From the NCBI GenBank assembly GCA_030618465.1, contig JAUXDD010000002.1:1-42655 (forward strand): a DNA stretch of 42,655 nucleotides, read 5' to 3'. Position numbers and translations under genes: made by a program. Positions 18,957 through 29,738 of this stretch are shown piece by piece. Numbering within the stretch: the stretch's first letter is position 1; each line of letters opens with the position of its first letter. Under the pieces are notes generated by a model. The model did no database searches and had not been told where the DNA came from. It saw nothing but the letters and a program-made list of their open reading frames with translations. This DNA is from Desulfobacteraceae bacterium. GTDB lineage: Bacteria; Desulfobacterota; Desulfobacteria; Desulfobacterales; SURF-7.

Positions 18957-19916
18957 TTATTTTCCGGAATACCCTTTCAGATATTTAAGAAACTCGGAAT
19001 CCGTGGAAAGAACAACCGAACTTTTTTCACCTAATGCATCTTTGTATATTTCAAGTGTTTGGGTGTATGAATAGAATTCCGGATCAAGTCCATAAGCCCT
19101 GGCATATATTTTTGTTGACTCAGCATCCGCCTTACCCTTAATTTCCTGGGCCAATTTATATGCCTCGGATGTTATCATTTTCAAATCTCTTTCTTTTTCA
19201 CCTAAAATCTTTTTGGCTTCTCCCTGGCCTTCAGAGCGAAACTTTTCCGCTATCTGTTTCCGCTCTGCAACCATACGCGCATAAACAGACCGCCGTACTT
19301 CTTCGACATAATTTATACGCTTAACCTTCACATCAACCAGTTCAATACCAAATTTGGCCAGCTTGGGCTGGGCCTGCTTCATAATCCCCGCTGTTATTTT
19401 TTCCCTGCCCGTCTCTATATAATAGGTCGCTGACTTATCTTTTTCCGTTCCTTCCGTGTATTCAATACCGGCTTCAAACGTATCGAGTTTTCTGTTTGTC
19501 ATTCGAACCGTCTCAATCAGACTGTAGGATGTAATAAAATTCCTCACAGCCGGATCAATAATGTCGTCAAGCCGTCCTAAAGCGCTGAACGTGTTATTAA
19601 CCGTCTTAAAAAATTTAACCGGATCAACGATTTTCCACCTGGCAAATGTATCTACCCAGATATATGTTTTGTCCAGTGTGGGAATCTGCCCCGGGTCACC
19701 ATCCCACTGCAGAAGATTCTTCGGGAAATAATTAGCGGTCTGAATCGGATCAGGCAGCTTGAATTTAATCCCCGACTCTGTAATCGGTTTGCCGATTACT
19801 CTACCGAACTGTGTTATAACAACTTGCTCTGTCTCATCAACCTGGTAAGCAGATAAATAAAGCCCAAAAGCGGCTACACCAACAACAACCAGTAATACAA
19901 TTAATTTGTTATTCAT
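18957..19916 (-). CDS. hflC: Protease modulator HflC (SPFH/band 7)
   Basis: N-terminal TM helix plus an SPFH domain. It overlaps the upstream hflK-like gene by 4 nt. Confidence 0.85.
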   Translation of the reverse strand: MNNKLIVLLVVVGVAAFGLYLSAYQVDETEQVVITQFGRVIGKPITESGIKFKLPDPIQTANYFPKNLLQWDGDPGQIPTLDKTYIWVDTFARWKIVDPVKFFKTVNNTFSALGRLDDIIDPAVRNFITSYSLIETVRMTNRKLDTFEAGIEYTEGTEKDKSATYYIETGREKITAGIMKQAQPKLAKFGIELVDVKVKRINYVEEVRRSVYARMVAERKQIAEKFRSEGQGEAKKILGEKERDLKMITSEAYKLAQEIKGKADAESTKIYARAYGLDPEFYSYTQTLEIYKDALGEKSSVVLSTDSEFLKYLKGYSGK

Positions 19917-20971
19917 TTTACCACACCACTCTGTTTTTCAAGATTAAGGAAAGGGAGAACATTCTTCTGATCTGAATCTATGATATATTTATTGTCCAGT
20001 CTGGGAAAAAGCTCTTTCACCATCTCCAGATACATCCGCCGTTTGGTGACATCTTTGGCTTTGCTGTACGCATTATAAAAAGCCACAAATCTGGATGCAT
20101 CGCCCTTTGCCCGGTTAACACGTTCCATGGCATACCCTTCGGCAGCCTTGACAACACGTTCGGCCTCACCCCGGGCTTCCGGGATCGCTTTATTGTAATC
20201 TTCTTTTGCCTGATAAATGAGTTTTTCCTTTTCCTGTGTCGCCTGGTTCACTTCATTAAATGAAGGTTGAACCGGGGCCGGCACATTTGTCTTTTTCATC
20301 TCAACGGCAACAATATTGATACCCGCCTCTGCCTTGTCAAGTTCCTCCTGAAGAAGGATTTTCGCTTCGGCCGCCATCTCCTCACGCTTGCTTATCACTT
20401 CGTTTATACTTCTGTCCCCTACAACCAGGCGCATGGTTGCCTCGGCCATGTCCCGGAGCAATCGTTTCACATCACTTACCTTGAACAGAAACTGATAGGG
20501 ATCTTTAACCCTGTACTGAACAATCCATGGAACCAGGGCAACATTTAAATCACCTGTAAGCATAAGCGCTTCTGCAATATTATCATTTTCAGAGGAGTAC
20601 TGATTCCGTGTTGTCCGAACAGCACGAAACCCGAATTCTTCTTTTTCAACACGTGTTACTCTCACTTTTGTTAATCGTTCAATTCCATTCGGCAATTTTA
20701 TCTGCAGTCCCGGCTGGACAGTCCGGACATATTTACCAAACCGCTGAATCACACCGACTTCATCCGTATTCACCTTAAACACCGTAGTCATGCCAAAATA
20801 AATAACGATAATAGCCGCTACAATTAAAATGGAGCCCCCTGAAAACTTAAATTCTTTCATTTTCTTAAAGAGTTCGTCCATCTCAGGAGGCATGCCGCCA
20901 CCACCATCACCTGTACTTTGCTGTCTTTTCTGCTGATTTTTTTGCTGAAGTTTTTCCCAGTCCCAGTTCAT
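19913..20971 (-). CDS. hflK: Protease modulator HflK (SPFH/band 7)
   Basis: MNWDWEKLQQK..., TM helix and SPFH domain, then a C-terminal coiled coil. The start at ATG 20971 has a GAGGAA SD. The track ORF starts at 21019. Confidence 0.85.
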   Translation of the reverse strand: MNWDWEKLQQKNQQKRQQSTGDGGGGMPPEMDELFKKMKEFKFSGGSILIVAAIIVIYFGMTTVFKVNTDEVGVIQRFGKYVRTVQPGLQIKLPNGIERLTKVRVTRVEKEEFGFRAVRTTRNQYSSENDNIAEALMLTGDLNVALVPWIVQYRVKDPYQFLFKVSDVKRLLRDMAEATMRLVVGDRSINEVISKREEMAAEAKILLQEELDKAEAGINIVAVEMKKTNVPAPVQPSFNEVNQATQEKEKLIYQAKEDYNKAIPEARGEAERVVKAAEGYAMERVNRAKGDASRFVAFYNAYSKAKDVTKRRMYLEMVKELFPRLDNKYIIDSDQKNVLPFLNLEKQSGVVK

Positions 20972-21174
20972 AGTATATTCCTCAATATTACCCTTTTGTT
21001 TTCCTTTTTCTGCACACACATTCCTGAAAAATAAATAATGCCTAATGAACTCATTAAACAGAGAAATATGTCAGAAGGCATGAATGAATGTAAAGACAAA
21101 AACTATTTAAAACATTAGTAAGCTAACTTTATACTCCGGATTTCATTTTGCAAAGGAAAATAATTATTTGAAAA

Positions 21175-21203
21175 TATATAAAATAGCTTCTCTTTCAAGT
21201 CAA
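21175..21203 (-). promoter_or_regulatory. Candidate sigma70 promoter for hflKC
   Basis: Minus strand reads TTGACT (21203-21198), a 17-nt spacer, then TATATA (21180-21175). Confidence 0.4.
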
Positions 21204-21344
21204 GAAAAAACGTGGGGACCTTCAGGGGAGCAAATATTGAGATAATTGTTTTTTCCCTATACTTTTGCAGCAGCTTATCCTTTTTTCAAGTTTGACTTCC
21301 AATAAATTCAATACATTTTAACTCAAACTGCCTGAATATAGACA

Positions 21345-21373
21345 TTGACTGAAACCATGTTGAAAAATATAAT
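21345..21373 (+). promoter_or_regulatory. Candidate sigma70 promoter for the NUDIX gene
   Basis: TTGACT (21345-21350), a 17-nt spacer, then a consensus TATAAT (21368-21373). It lies about 77 nt upstream of ATG 21450. Confidence 0.55.
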
Positions 21374-21449
21374 AATAAATAGTATTAGAAATCATATTTA
21401 ATTTTTTTACATGATGGACATACAATTTAAAAGATAACGGTCAATACCT

Positions 21450-22127
21450 ATGAAAAATAATAACCATTTGAATTGCAACGAAAAACTGTTACACCAGATA
21501 CAATCAAATCTAAAGGGATTTAATATACGAACCCATGAGCAAAAGGGAAGTAAACGCGCGGCAGTTGCTATTACGGTTGTGGACGGCGGACATGGTGCCG
21601 GTGCTTATGGTTTATCTTCCCATAAACACTGGAGCAACAAGGCGGCACTTATTCTGACCCGGAGGGCCTCAAAACTCAGAAAGCATCCAGGCCAGTGGGC
21701 GTTTCCCGGTGGTAAAATGGACCCGGGAGAAAAACCTGTGGATACAGCCTTAAGAGAGCTTTCAGAGGAAGTGGGCCTGGAACTGGGACCAGACAGCGTA
21801 ATTGGACGTATGGATGATTATACCACACGTTCGGGTTTTACGATTTCACCCGTGGTGCTTTGGGGCGGATGTGTGGAGACTCTAATCCCCAATCCCGATG
21901 AAGTGGAATCGATTCACCGCATACCCATAAAAGAATTTTTACGTAATGATGCACCGATACTTGAAGACATACCGGAAAGCCAGCATCCGGTTCTTCTTAT
22001 GCCTGTGGGGCACAGTTGGATCGCATCACCAACAGCGGCAATGATCTACCAGTTTCGGGAGGTGGCAATCCTGGGCAAAAAAACGCGAGTGGCCCATTTT
22101 GAGCAACCCTATTTTGCGTGGAGTTAA
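21450..22127 (+). CDS. NUDIX hydrolase (CoA pyrophosphatase-like)
   Basis: Nudix box GGKMDPGEKPVDTALRELSEEVGL. Confidence 0.85.
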   Translation: MKNNNHLNCNEKLLHQIQSNLKGFNIRTHEQKGSKRAAVAITVVDGGHGAGAYGLSSHKHWSNKAALILTRRASKLRKHPGQWAFPGGKMDPGEKPVDTALRELSEEVGLELGPDSVIGRMDDYTTRSGFTISPVVLWGGCVETLIPNPDEVESIHRIPIKEFLRNDAPILEDIPESQHPVLLMPVGHSWIASPTAAMIYQFREVAILGKKTRVAHFEQPYFAWS

Positions 22128-22142
22128 CAGGTACGGTATTTG

Positions 22143-23093
22143 CTACCATCGCCACAAATGCCTGGGCAGACGAAGTTTATCACAGTTTCTGCACAACCGG
22201 TTGGTAACATTGTTTGTGATAAACTCATTTCTGAGTGACTGCATCGTTTTACCGTTCCAGATTTCGGAAAGAGTCTGAGCGCCCACATTTCCAAGAACAT
22301 ATTTTTTATCATAGTCGTAACAGCAGGGAACCATATCACCGTCCCACATGACCGTCATTCGTTCCCACGGAAAATTGCAGACAACCGGTTGTAAAATATC
22401 CGGTGTATTATGGCTTTTGCCTGCCAGTAAATTTATATCTGACGTATCTCCATCCCACGTGGAAAAATCCTTTAATAGAAAATTGTCAATACCGTCAAGG
22501 GATTCCCAGTATTTTTTTGTTTTTTCCACACTTTCGGCATTTAAATGGAAATCAATCATGGAGAGAGTGACGGTTACACGGGGATTGTATTTCTTTTTCA
22601 GCTCAAGGAACTGAAGGACATTATCTTTTGATCGCTGATAGATGTTTTTCACGCCGCGAATTTTTTCAAACGACTCCTCATCATGGCCGTCCATGGATAT
22701 ATATATAATGTGCGGTCTGGATCTTAACAGCTCCACAGCCACATCATGTGTCAGCATTACAGGATTTATTGAAAGGCATGCATGGATTCCCTTTTCCCCC
22801 GCATATCGAATAAACCTCCCGAATTCTTTGTGCAGCAGGCTTTCCCCGAAATGATGCAGCCAGACAGGGTGCTTCTCTTGATAGTCCGGGTTGACGGCAA
22901 CAAGCTCGTCTATGACTTTTTTAAAAAGGGAAAACACCATAAATCCCTGTGGGCGTGTCATGTTGTTTGTCCGGGGACACATCACACACCGCATGGGGCA
23001 TTTGTTTGTCATCTCGATATTGAACACCCCCGGCGCGTAATCAACAACAGGTTGCCTGTTTTTAATATCTGTTTCCGGTATTTGAATCATCAT
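22143..23093 (-). CDS. Radical SAM protein with SPASM/twitch-like C-terminal Cys cluster
   Basis: The CPMRCVMCP sequence is a CX3CX2C motif near the N-terminus. The C-terminal region has CNFPWERMTVMWDGDMVPCC ... CRNC. Confidence 0.85.
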   Translation of the reverse strand: MMIQIPETDIKNRQPVVDYAPGVFNIEMTNKCPMRCVMCPRTNNMTRPQGFMVFSLFKKVIDELVAVNPDYQEKHPVWLHHFGESLLHKEFGRFIRYAGEKGIHACLSINPVMLTHDVAVELLRSRPHIIYISMDGHDEESFEKIRGVKNIYQRSKDNVLQFLELKKKYNPRVTVTLSMIDFHLNAESVEKTKKYWESLDGIDNFLLKDFSTWDGDTSDINLLAGKSHNTPDILQPVVCNFPWERMTVMWDGDMVPCCYDYDKKYVLGNVGAQTLSEIWNGKTMQSLRNEFITNNVTNRLCRNCDKLRLPRHLWRW

Positions 23094-24395
23094 TTAATCA
23101 GAATTCAAATAGGTGGTGATGCTCCGGGTAATTGTGTCCCACGTCCATTTTCTTTTTTCATCATCCATTTCAAGAAGAGTTACACGAAACCCTTTTCTTG
23201 CGCAGCAGAATCCGGTTAAAGGAACAACGCAGATCCCTGTTGATCCCAGCAGGTAATATACAAACCGTTTATCCACTTCAACATCCTGCACGATACCCTC
23301 CACATATGCCTTTACCTCTGGATTATCAATGGGAAGGGCCTGCCTGTCATTCAATACATCATCATTAAAAAGAATGGACATATAAAATGCACCCTGGGGT
23401 TTGACCACATGAATCCCGTCAACTTCGGAGAATGTTTTCCACGCTTCATATGCCCTGTGTTCAAACGTTTTCCGTCTTTTCTCCAGATGCGTCTCATATC
23501 TGGGATCACCCATCACAAGAGGAATTGAATACTGGGGCAGACTGGTAGAACAGACTTCAAGCATTTTTGCATTTACCAGAGATTTAATATACCGCTTAAA
23601 TTCAGGCGTTGAATCCTGGTTAAACACTTCAATCCAGCCGCACCGGGCACCTGGCCAGGGATATTCTTTTGATATTCCCCGCAACGCAATACCCGGCACA
23701 TCCCGTATGACTTCACTTAAACTGACAGCCTCTGATCCATTGTATGTCAGATTTGCATAAATCTCGTCGCAGATCAGAAACACATTATATGTTCTTGCAA
23801 TATCAACCATTTTTTCAAGTATGAAGCGGGGATAGACGGCGCCAGTGGGATTGTCAGGATTAATGATAAGAATTCCTGAAATGGAATCATTATATTTTAC
23901 TTTCTTCTCAAGGTCTCCAAGATCAGGCATCCAGTTATTGTAAGGATCCAGTTCATAGGTAAGATGCTCATACCCGGAGTGGGAGGCTTCTGCAGAAGAA
24001 TGGGTGGAATATGCCGGTGAAGGGCCAATGACCCGGGCCTCTCTTTTAAGGTAACCAAATATTTTGGCCACAGCATCCCCCAGGCCGTTGAAAAAAATGA
24101 TATCATTTGATGTAACCTGGTAACTTCCACGTCTATTCACCATTTCAGCCACAAATTCCTGGGTTTCCCTTACGCCCCTGGTGGCAACATAGCCGTATGT
24201 TTTATTTTCAGATACCAGCTGGATGATGATATCTTTGATCCACTGAGGCACTCTTTCCCCTTTCGCGACAGGGTCCCCAATATTTTCCCACGTAATATCA
24301 ACACCCAGCTCCATTATTTCCTCAGCCACTGCCACGATTTCTCTGATCTCATATGAGAGCTGACCCCAGCCCACATGTTCAATATCTCTTCGCAT
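23094..24395 (-). CDS. PLP-dependent aminotransferase, class I/II
   Basis: 433 aa. The GISKEYPWPGARCGW motif contains the PLP-lysine. NPDNPTG is typical of fold-type I aminotransferases. Confidence 0.85.
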   Translation of the reverse strand: MRRDIEHVGWGQLSYEIREIVAVAEEIMELGVDITWENIGDPVAKGERVPQWIKDIIIQLVSENKTYGYVATRGVRETQEFVAEMVNRRGSYQVTSNDIIFFNGLGDAVAKIFGYLKREARVIGPSPAYSTHSSAEASHSGYEHLTYELDPYNNWMPDLGDLEKKVKYNDSISGILIINPDNPTGAVYPRFILEKMVDIARTYNVFLICDEIYANLTYNGSEAVSLSEVIRDVPGIALRGISKEYPWPGARCGWIEVFNQDSTPEFKRYIKSLVNAKMLEVCSTSLPQYSIPLVMGDPRYETHLEKRRKTFEHRAYEAWKTFSEVDGIHVVKPQGAFYMSILFNDDVLNDRQALPIDNPEVKAYVEGIVQDVEVDKRFVYYLLGSTGICVVPLTGFCCARKGFRVTLLEMDDEKRKWTWDTITRSITTYLNSD

Positions 24396-24589
24396 GATAT
24401 TTATGCCTGTCTTTTTTTCTATCGATTGTAGGGATTTAAATTCTTATTTTTTAATGTAACATATCATTGACATTATTGCCAATATTTTAAAGCCCGCCTG
24501 TTGTTCCCGATTCTTCAATCTAATCCTGGTATGGACCATTCAAATTTGCCATTTTCCCGTGGACATGGCATATATAGATGTATGGAAAT

Positions 24590-24706
24590 AGGTGTCAACA
24601 TTTTTAAAAGTGTTTGCCAGTTTCCCGGTTGGCCTGTTGACCGGTTCAATAAGGTTGTTGTCATATTTTACAGGTTAACCGACGAACCGGCAAACTGGCT
24701 AACATA
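24590..24706 (+). repeat. Copy B of the structured intergenic repeat (see 5411-5500)
   Basis: The sequence is aggtgtcaaca...tttgccagtttcccggttggcctgttgaccggttcaataaggttgttgtcatattttacaggttaaccgacgaaccggcaaactggctaacat. It is the inverted counterpart of 5411-5500. Its outer stem is gccagttt/aaactggc. It ends 14 nt before the rsmG ATG. Confidence 0.5.
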
Positions 24707-24719
24707 AAAGAAAGTATAA

Positions 24720-25427
24720 ATGAAAACAGGTTCAGAAAAATGGAAACGTCTTGTTGAACAGGGGGCGCACGATATTGGCATACACATTGACAGTGATACG
24801 GCCGATCAGTTTGCTGTTCACGCGGAAACACTTTTAACATGGAGTAGAAAATCCAACATCACAGCAATAAAAGATCCCCTTGAAGTTGCGGTTAAGCATT
24901 TCATTGATTCAATGGCACCCGCAAGGTATATTACGCTGGAAACAACCCTGCTCGATATTGGTTCAGGCGGGGGATTCCCGGGAATTCCACTGAAAATCCT
25001 GGTACCTTCTTTATCTGTCACCCTGATTGATGCATCCCGTAAAAAAGTCAGTTTTTTAAATCATGTCATTGGAACACTCGGGCTGGATAATATTAACGCC
25101 CGGCACATCAGAGCGGAAGATCTGGCAAAGGAACATTGTACCTATGATGTGATTATCAGCCGCGCCTTTTCAAGCCTTGCAACCTATGTAAAACTGGCAC
25201 TGCCGTTACTTTCAGAAGGCGGGCAGATAATTGCAATGAAGGGGAAGGAAACCAGTGAGGAGATGGACTCTCTGGCGACGCTTTCCGCCACACTTTCTGA
25301 TGGCCGCACTATATGCATGAACAATCTGGATATGGATGTAAAAGCCTATTCCCTTCCGTTTATTCAATCCCGGAGAACACTATATTTGTTTAACTTGAAA
25401 AACATTCACTTCGGCATATTTCCTTGA
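24720..25427 (+). CDS. rsmG: 16S rRNA (guanine527-N7)-methyltransferase RsmG
   Basis: SAM motif LLDIGSGGGFPGIPLKI, RKKVSFL, and typical GidB length. Confidence 0.9.
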   Translation: MKTGSEKWKRLVEQGAHDIGIHIDSDTADQFAVHAETLLTWSRKSNITAIKDPLEVAVKHFIDSMAPARYITLETTLLDIGSGGGFPGIPLKILVPSLSVTLIDASRKKVSFLNHVIGTLGLDNINARHIRAEDLAKEHCTYDVIISRAFSSLATYVKLALPLLSEGGQIIAMKGKETSEEMDSLATLSATLSDGRTICMNNLDMDVKAYSLPFIQSRRTLYLFNLKNIHFGIFP

Positions 25428-25492
25428 CACACCCCTGCTAAATAACGTAGGTTTGTAAACTTTATAATTGAGAAATGGATTTGGAGCTATAA

Positions 25493-28288
25493 ATGGATTA
25501 CAAAAAAACACTCAACCTTCCCAATACCAAATTTCCCATGAAGGCAAGCCTGGCAAACCGTGAGCCGGAACAGTTGAAAGCATGGGAAGAAAATCACCTG
25601 TATGAAAAAATCAGAGCGGCATCCAAAGGAAGAAAAACATTCACACTACACGACGGCCCCCCCTATGCAAACGGCAACATTCATATTGGAACCGCTCTTA
25701 ACAAAATATTAAAGGACATCATTGTACGGTCAAAAGAGATGGCAGGATATGATGCGGATTACGTTCCGGGCTGGGACTGCCACGGCCTGCCTATTGAACA
25801 TAATGTTGACAAGAAACTGGGATCAAAAAAGCGCGATGTCTCACAGGCGGAAAAACGCCGGCTGTGTCGAAAATATGCTGAAAAATATATTGATATACAA
25901 CGTGATGAATTTAAACGGCTCGGCGTTATGGGAGAATGGGACAATCCCTACCTCACAATGAATTACCTGTATGAAGCGGTGATTGCAAGGGAATGCGGCC
26001 GGTTTTCACTGGACGGCAGCCTGTTTCGAAGCAAAAAACCCATACACTGGTGCTGCAGCTGCAAAACAGCGCTTGCTGAAGCGGAAATTGAATACAAGGA
26101 TGATATGTCTTCATCCATTTTTGTAAAGTTTCCCATGATAGATGCCCCTGGCAGGGAAATTCCCGAACTGGCCGGCAAAAAGGTTTTTGTTGTGATATGG
26201 ACTACAACCCCGTGGACACTGCCTGCCAATCTTGCCATAACCCTTCATCCTGATTTTATATATGCGGCTGTGGATACGGGTAAAGATGAAGTCTTAATCA
26301 TGGCAAGGGATCTTGTGGACGACTGCATGAACGCATTCGGATATTCGGACTTTTCCATTCTAACCGAAATTGATGCGCCGGCCCTTGAGCGAAAAAAATG
26401 CCGCCATCCCCTTTATGACCGGGACTCTCTTATCATTCTTGGCAACCATGTGACCCTTGATGCCGGCACAGGATGTGTTCATACAGCCCCTGGCCATGGC
26501 CGGGAAGACTATGAAGTCGGTCTTCTGTATGATCTTGATGCGTATTCACCAGTTGATGATAACGGATGTTTTACAGATGATGTGGATTTTTTTGCAGGCC
26601 GGTTTGTATTTAAGGCAAACAAAGAAATTACGGAAAAGCTGCGGAATGACGGTTACCTTGTTGCTGAAAGTAAAATAAATCATTCCTATCCGCACTGCTG
26701 GCGATGTAAAAAACCGGTTATTTTCCGGGCCACACCCCAGTGGTTTATCTCCATGGATAAAACCAGTTTAAGAGAAAAATCCCTTGATGAAATCGACAGG
26801 GTTCAGTGGATACCATCCTGGGGAAAAGAAAGAATTTACGGTATGATCGAAAACCGTCCGGACTGGTGCGTTTCAAGGCAGCGGTCCTGGGGGGTTCCGA
26901 TTACTGTTTTTTATTGTGAGGAATGCGGTGAGCAGCTAATTAATCAGGATACAATAGATCACATCTTTTCACTGTTTAAAGAAAACGGTGCTGATATCTG
27001 GTTTGAAAAAGATGCAAAAGATCTGCTTCCTGAAAACACATCCTGCGAAAAATGCGGAAACAGCACATTTACAAAAGAAACCGACATCCTGGATGTCTGG
27101 TTTGATTCAGGGGTAAGCCATGCAGCGGTTCTTGAAGAACGTGAAAAGCTTCAGTGGCCTGCCGACCTGTATCTGGAGGGAAGTGATCAGCACCGGGGGT
27201 GGTTCCACAGCTCTCTGTTAACAGCTGTTGGCAACAGGGGAAGTGCACCGTACAAATCTGTATTAACCCATGGTTTTGTTGTTGACGAACATGGCAGAAA
27301 GATGTCCAAATCCGTGGGAAACGTCATTCCCCCGGACAAAGTAATCAAGCAGCACGGGGCAGAAATCCTTCGCCTCTGGGTATCTGCGTCTGATTACAGG
27401 GATGATATCCGCATCTCCCAAAACATCCTGAAACAATTAAGTGACGCCTACAGAAGGATCAGAAATACCTGCCGCTTCATATTAGGAAATATCGGTGATT
27501 TTAATCCTGAAAAAGATGCGGTACCCTATGAATCTCTGTATGATATTGACAAATTCGCCCTGCACACGTTAAACAAACTGACTGCAAAGACACTCAATGC
27601 GTATGATTTATATGAATTCCATACGATTTATCATTCCCTTTACAATTACTGCTCGATTGATCTTTCGGCATTTTACCTTGATATATTAAAGGACAGGCTG
27701 TACACATCTTCCCCGGAATCAGCCGGCAGACGAGGTGCCCAGACAGTGATGCATATAATCCTGGATTCCATCATAAAAATCATGGCGCCCATCCTTCCTT
27801 TTACTGCAGAAGAGATCTGGAAATTCATGCCTGATCCACAAAACAGGGAGGAAAGCATCCATCTCGCAGGTTTTCCTGCGGTTGATGCGTCCCGGGAAAA
27901 CAACAAACTTGCTGAAAAATGGGAACAGATCCTCAACATCAGAGGTGAAGTGACAAAAGCCCTTGAAGAAGCCAGAAATAAAAAGCAGATCGGGCACCCC
28001 CTGGATGCATCGGTTATCATCAGTGCAAAAAATGAACTCTATGATACCCTCAATTACTATGCGGATGATTTGAAAACCATTTTTATCGTTTCAAATTCCA
28101 CGCTTGTGAAAGACGCAACCCTGTCCGATGCTTTTGTAAGTGAAGAGCTTGAAGGAGTATCCATAAAAGTTGAACCAGCTCGGGGCATAAAATGCGAACG
28201 GTGCTGGATTTATGACACATCGGTGGGGACGAATACGGAACACCCCACTGCCTGCAGCAGGTGTGCAGATGTACTGAACGGCCTGTAA
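25493..28288 (+). CDS. ileS: Isoleucine--tRNA ligase
   Basis: 931 aa, with a HIGH-type motif ([11 protein letters not shown]), KMSKS, and a C-terminal Zn finger (CERCW...CSRC). Confidence 0.98.
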   Translation: MDYKKTLNLPNTKFPMKASLANREPEQLKAWEENHLYEKIRAASKGRKTFTLHDGPPYANGNIHIGTALNKILKDIIVRSKEMAGYDADYVPGWDCHGLPIEHNVDKKLGSKKRDVSQAEKRRLCRKYAEKYIDIQRDEFKRLGVMGEWDNPYLTMNYLYEAVIARECGRFSLDGSLFRSKKPIHWCCSCKTALAEAEIEYKDDMSSSIFVKFPMIDAPGREIPELAGKKVFVVIWTTTPWTLPANLAITLHPDFIYAAVDTGKDEVLIMARDLVDDCMNAFGYSDFSILTEIDAPALERKKCRHPLYDRDSLIILGNHVTLDAGTGCVHTAPGHGREDYEVGLLYDLDAYSPVDDNGCFTDDVDFFAGRFVFKANKEITEKLRNDGYLVAESKINHSYPHCWRCKKPVIFRATPQWFISMDKTSLREKSLDEIDRVQWIPSWGKERIYGMIENRPDWCVSRQRSWGVPITVFYCEECGEQLINQDTIDHIFSLFKENGADIWFEKDAKDLLPENTSCEKCGNSTFTKETDILDVWFDSGVSHAAVLEEREKLQWPADLYLEGSDQHRGWFHSSLLTAVGNRGSAPYKSVLTHGFVVDEHGRKMSKSVGNVIPPDKVIKQHGAEILRLWVSASDYRDDIRISQNILKQLSDAYRRIRNTCRFILGNIGDFNPEKDAVPYESLYDIDKFALHTLNKLTAKTLNAYDLYEFHTIYHSLYNYCSIDLSAFYLDILKDRLYTSSPESAGRRGAQTVMHIILDSIIKIMAPILPFTAEEIWKFMPDPQNREESIHLAGFPAVDASRENNKLAEKWEQILNIRGEVTKALEEARNKKQIGHPLDASVIISAKNELYDTLNYYADDLKTIFIVSNSTLVKDATLSDAFVSEELEGVSIKVEPARGIKCERCWIYDTSVGTNTEHPTACSRCADVLNGL

Positions 28289-28416
28289 TCATGTCCCGTC
28301 AGTTTTCATAAAAGTCAGTGGCTGTTTGTTACTTTTAATTCTAAAAAACGATAATGCGCCGCGCAAAGCCGCTTTTATTATTTTGCGTGCTTTGCGTCTT
28401 TACATGAGCATTCTAA

Positions 28417-28938
28417 ATGACTGAGATTAAAACCTGTACTGATATGACCATTGAAGGCAGATCAAAATATATTAGACTGGTGTGTATTGCCGGGCTGATT
28501 ATACTTGCTGACCAACTGACCAAACTTCTAATCCTGAATAATCTGGCTCTGCATCATTCCATAACCATCATCCCGGGTTTTTTCGATATTACACATGTAC
28601 GCAACCCTGGCGGTGCATTTGGCTTTCTGGCAGACCAGAGTTCAACCGTACGTGCCACTCTGTTTCTTTTTGTATCATCTCTGGCCATCTGCTTTATTTT
28701 CTATTTTTATAAAAACACGCCAGGTACCCATCCCTTTCTTGCGGCAGGACTTGCCATGATTTTGGGGGGGGCTGTGGGGAATCTTATTGATCGAATTCGT
28801 CTCGGGGAAGTCGTTGACTTCCTTTATTTTTATGTAAACGACATGCACTGGCCGGCATTTAACATTGCTGACAGCGCCATTTCCGTTGGCATGACAATTT
28901 TTGTTTTTCATATTATTTTTAAAAAAATGCCGGCATAA
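28417..28938 (+). CDS. lspA: Lipoprotein signal peptidase (signal peptidase II)
   Basis: DQLTK, NPGGAFG, NLIDR and FNIADS motifs, in the ileS-lspA arrangement. Confidence 0.9.
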   Translation: MTEIKTCTDMTIEGRSKYIRLVCIAGLIILADQLTKLLILNNLALHHSITIIPGFFDITHVRNPGGAFGFLADQSSTVRATLFLFVSSLAICFIFYFYKNTPGTHPFLAAGLAMILGGAVGNLIDRIRLGEVVDFLYFYVNDMHWPAFNIADSAISVGMTIFVFHIIFKKMPA

Positions 28939-28955
28939 CCGTCTGAAAATAATCT

Positions 28956-29738
28956 ATGTACCCTGCCCTCCTAAAAATATTTGGTGTTACCATCCATACG
29001 TATGGTTTTTTTATAGCCATGGGGTTTTTAGCCGCTATCATACTTGCAAAGCGTGAGGCTGCAAGGCTTGGTGAAGATCCTGAAAAAATTATGGACTTGT
29101 GTTTCTGGTTTATTGTCTCCGGGATTATAGGTGCCAGGCTGTTATTCGTTGCCACAAAACCAACTGCGTACCTGAATAACCCCATTGAAATTTTGATGAT
29201 CTGGAAGGGGGGGCTTGTTTTTTACGGTGGATTTATTTCAGGATTCATTACCCTTTTTATTTTCATTAAAAAATACGCTATGCCGCTGTGGAAAACCATT
29301 GATATCTATGCGCCGTCTCTTGCTTTTGGCCATGCAACCGGCAGAATCGGCTGTTTCTTTGCAGGGTGCTGCTATGGTAAAACGTGCGACCTGCCCTGGG
29401 CGGTCACATTTACTCATCCGGACACCCTTGCACGGTCAGGTGTGCCTCTGCACCCGACCCAGCTTTATTCATCGGTCTCTCTTTTTATCCTCTTTGGATT
29501 ATTGATGGTTTTTAAATCCAGAAAAAAATTTGACGGTCAGTTAGCCCTCACCTATATCATGCTCTATGGACTCACCCGTTCAATTCTGGAAATTTTCAGG
29601 GACGATTACAGGGGAGGGGCTGTTTTCGGCATACTATCCATCTCCCAGACAATTGGACTGGCCAGCTCGATTATTGCCCTTATCACGTTGATATACCTGG
29701 GCAGGCAAAAAGCATCCACGTTAAAAAAAAATGCCTGA
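28956..29738 (+). CDS. lgt: Prolipoprotein diacylglyceryl transferase
   Basis: IHTYGFFIAMGFL, GARL, GRIGCFFAGCCYG and HPTQLY are Lgt signatures. Confidence 0.9.
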   Translation: MYPALLKIFGVTIHTYGFFIAMGFLAAIILAKREAARLGEDPEKIMDLCFWFIVSGIIGARLLFVATKPTAYLNNPIEILMIWKGGLVFYGGFISGFITLFIFIKKYAMPLWKTIDIYAPSLAFGHATGRIGCFFAGCCYGKTCDLPWAVTFTHPDTLARSGVPLHPTQLYSSVSLFILFGLLMVFKSRKKFDGQLALTYIMLYGLTRSILEIFRDDYRGGAVFGILSISQTIGLASSIIALITLIYLGRQKASTLKKNA

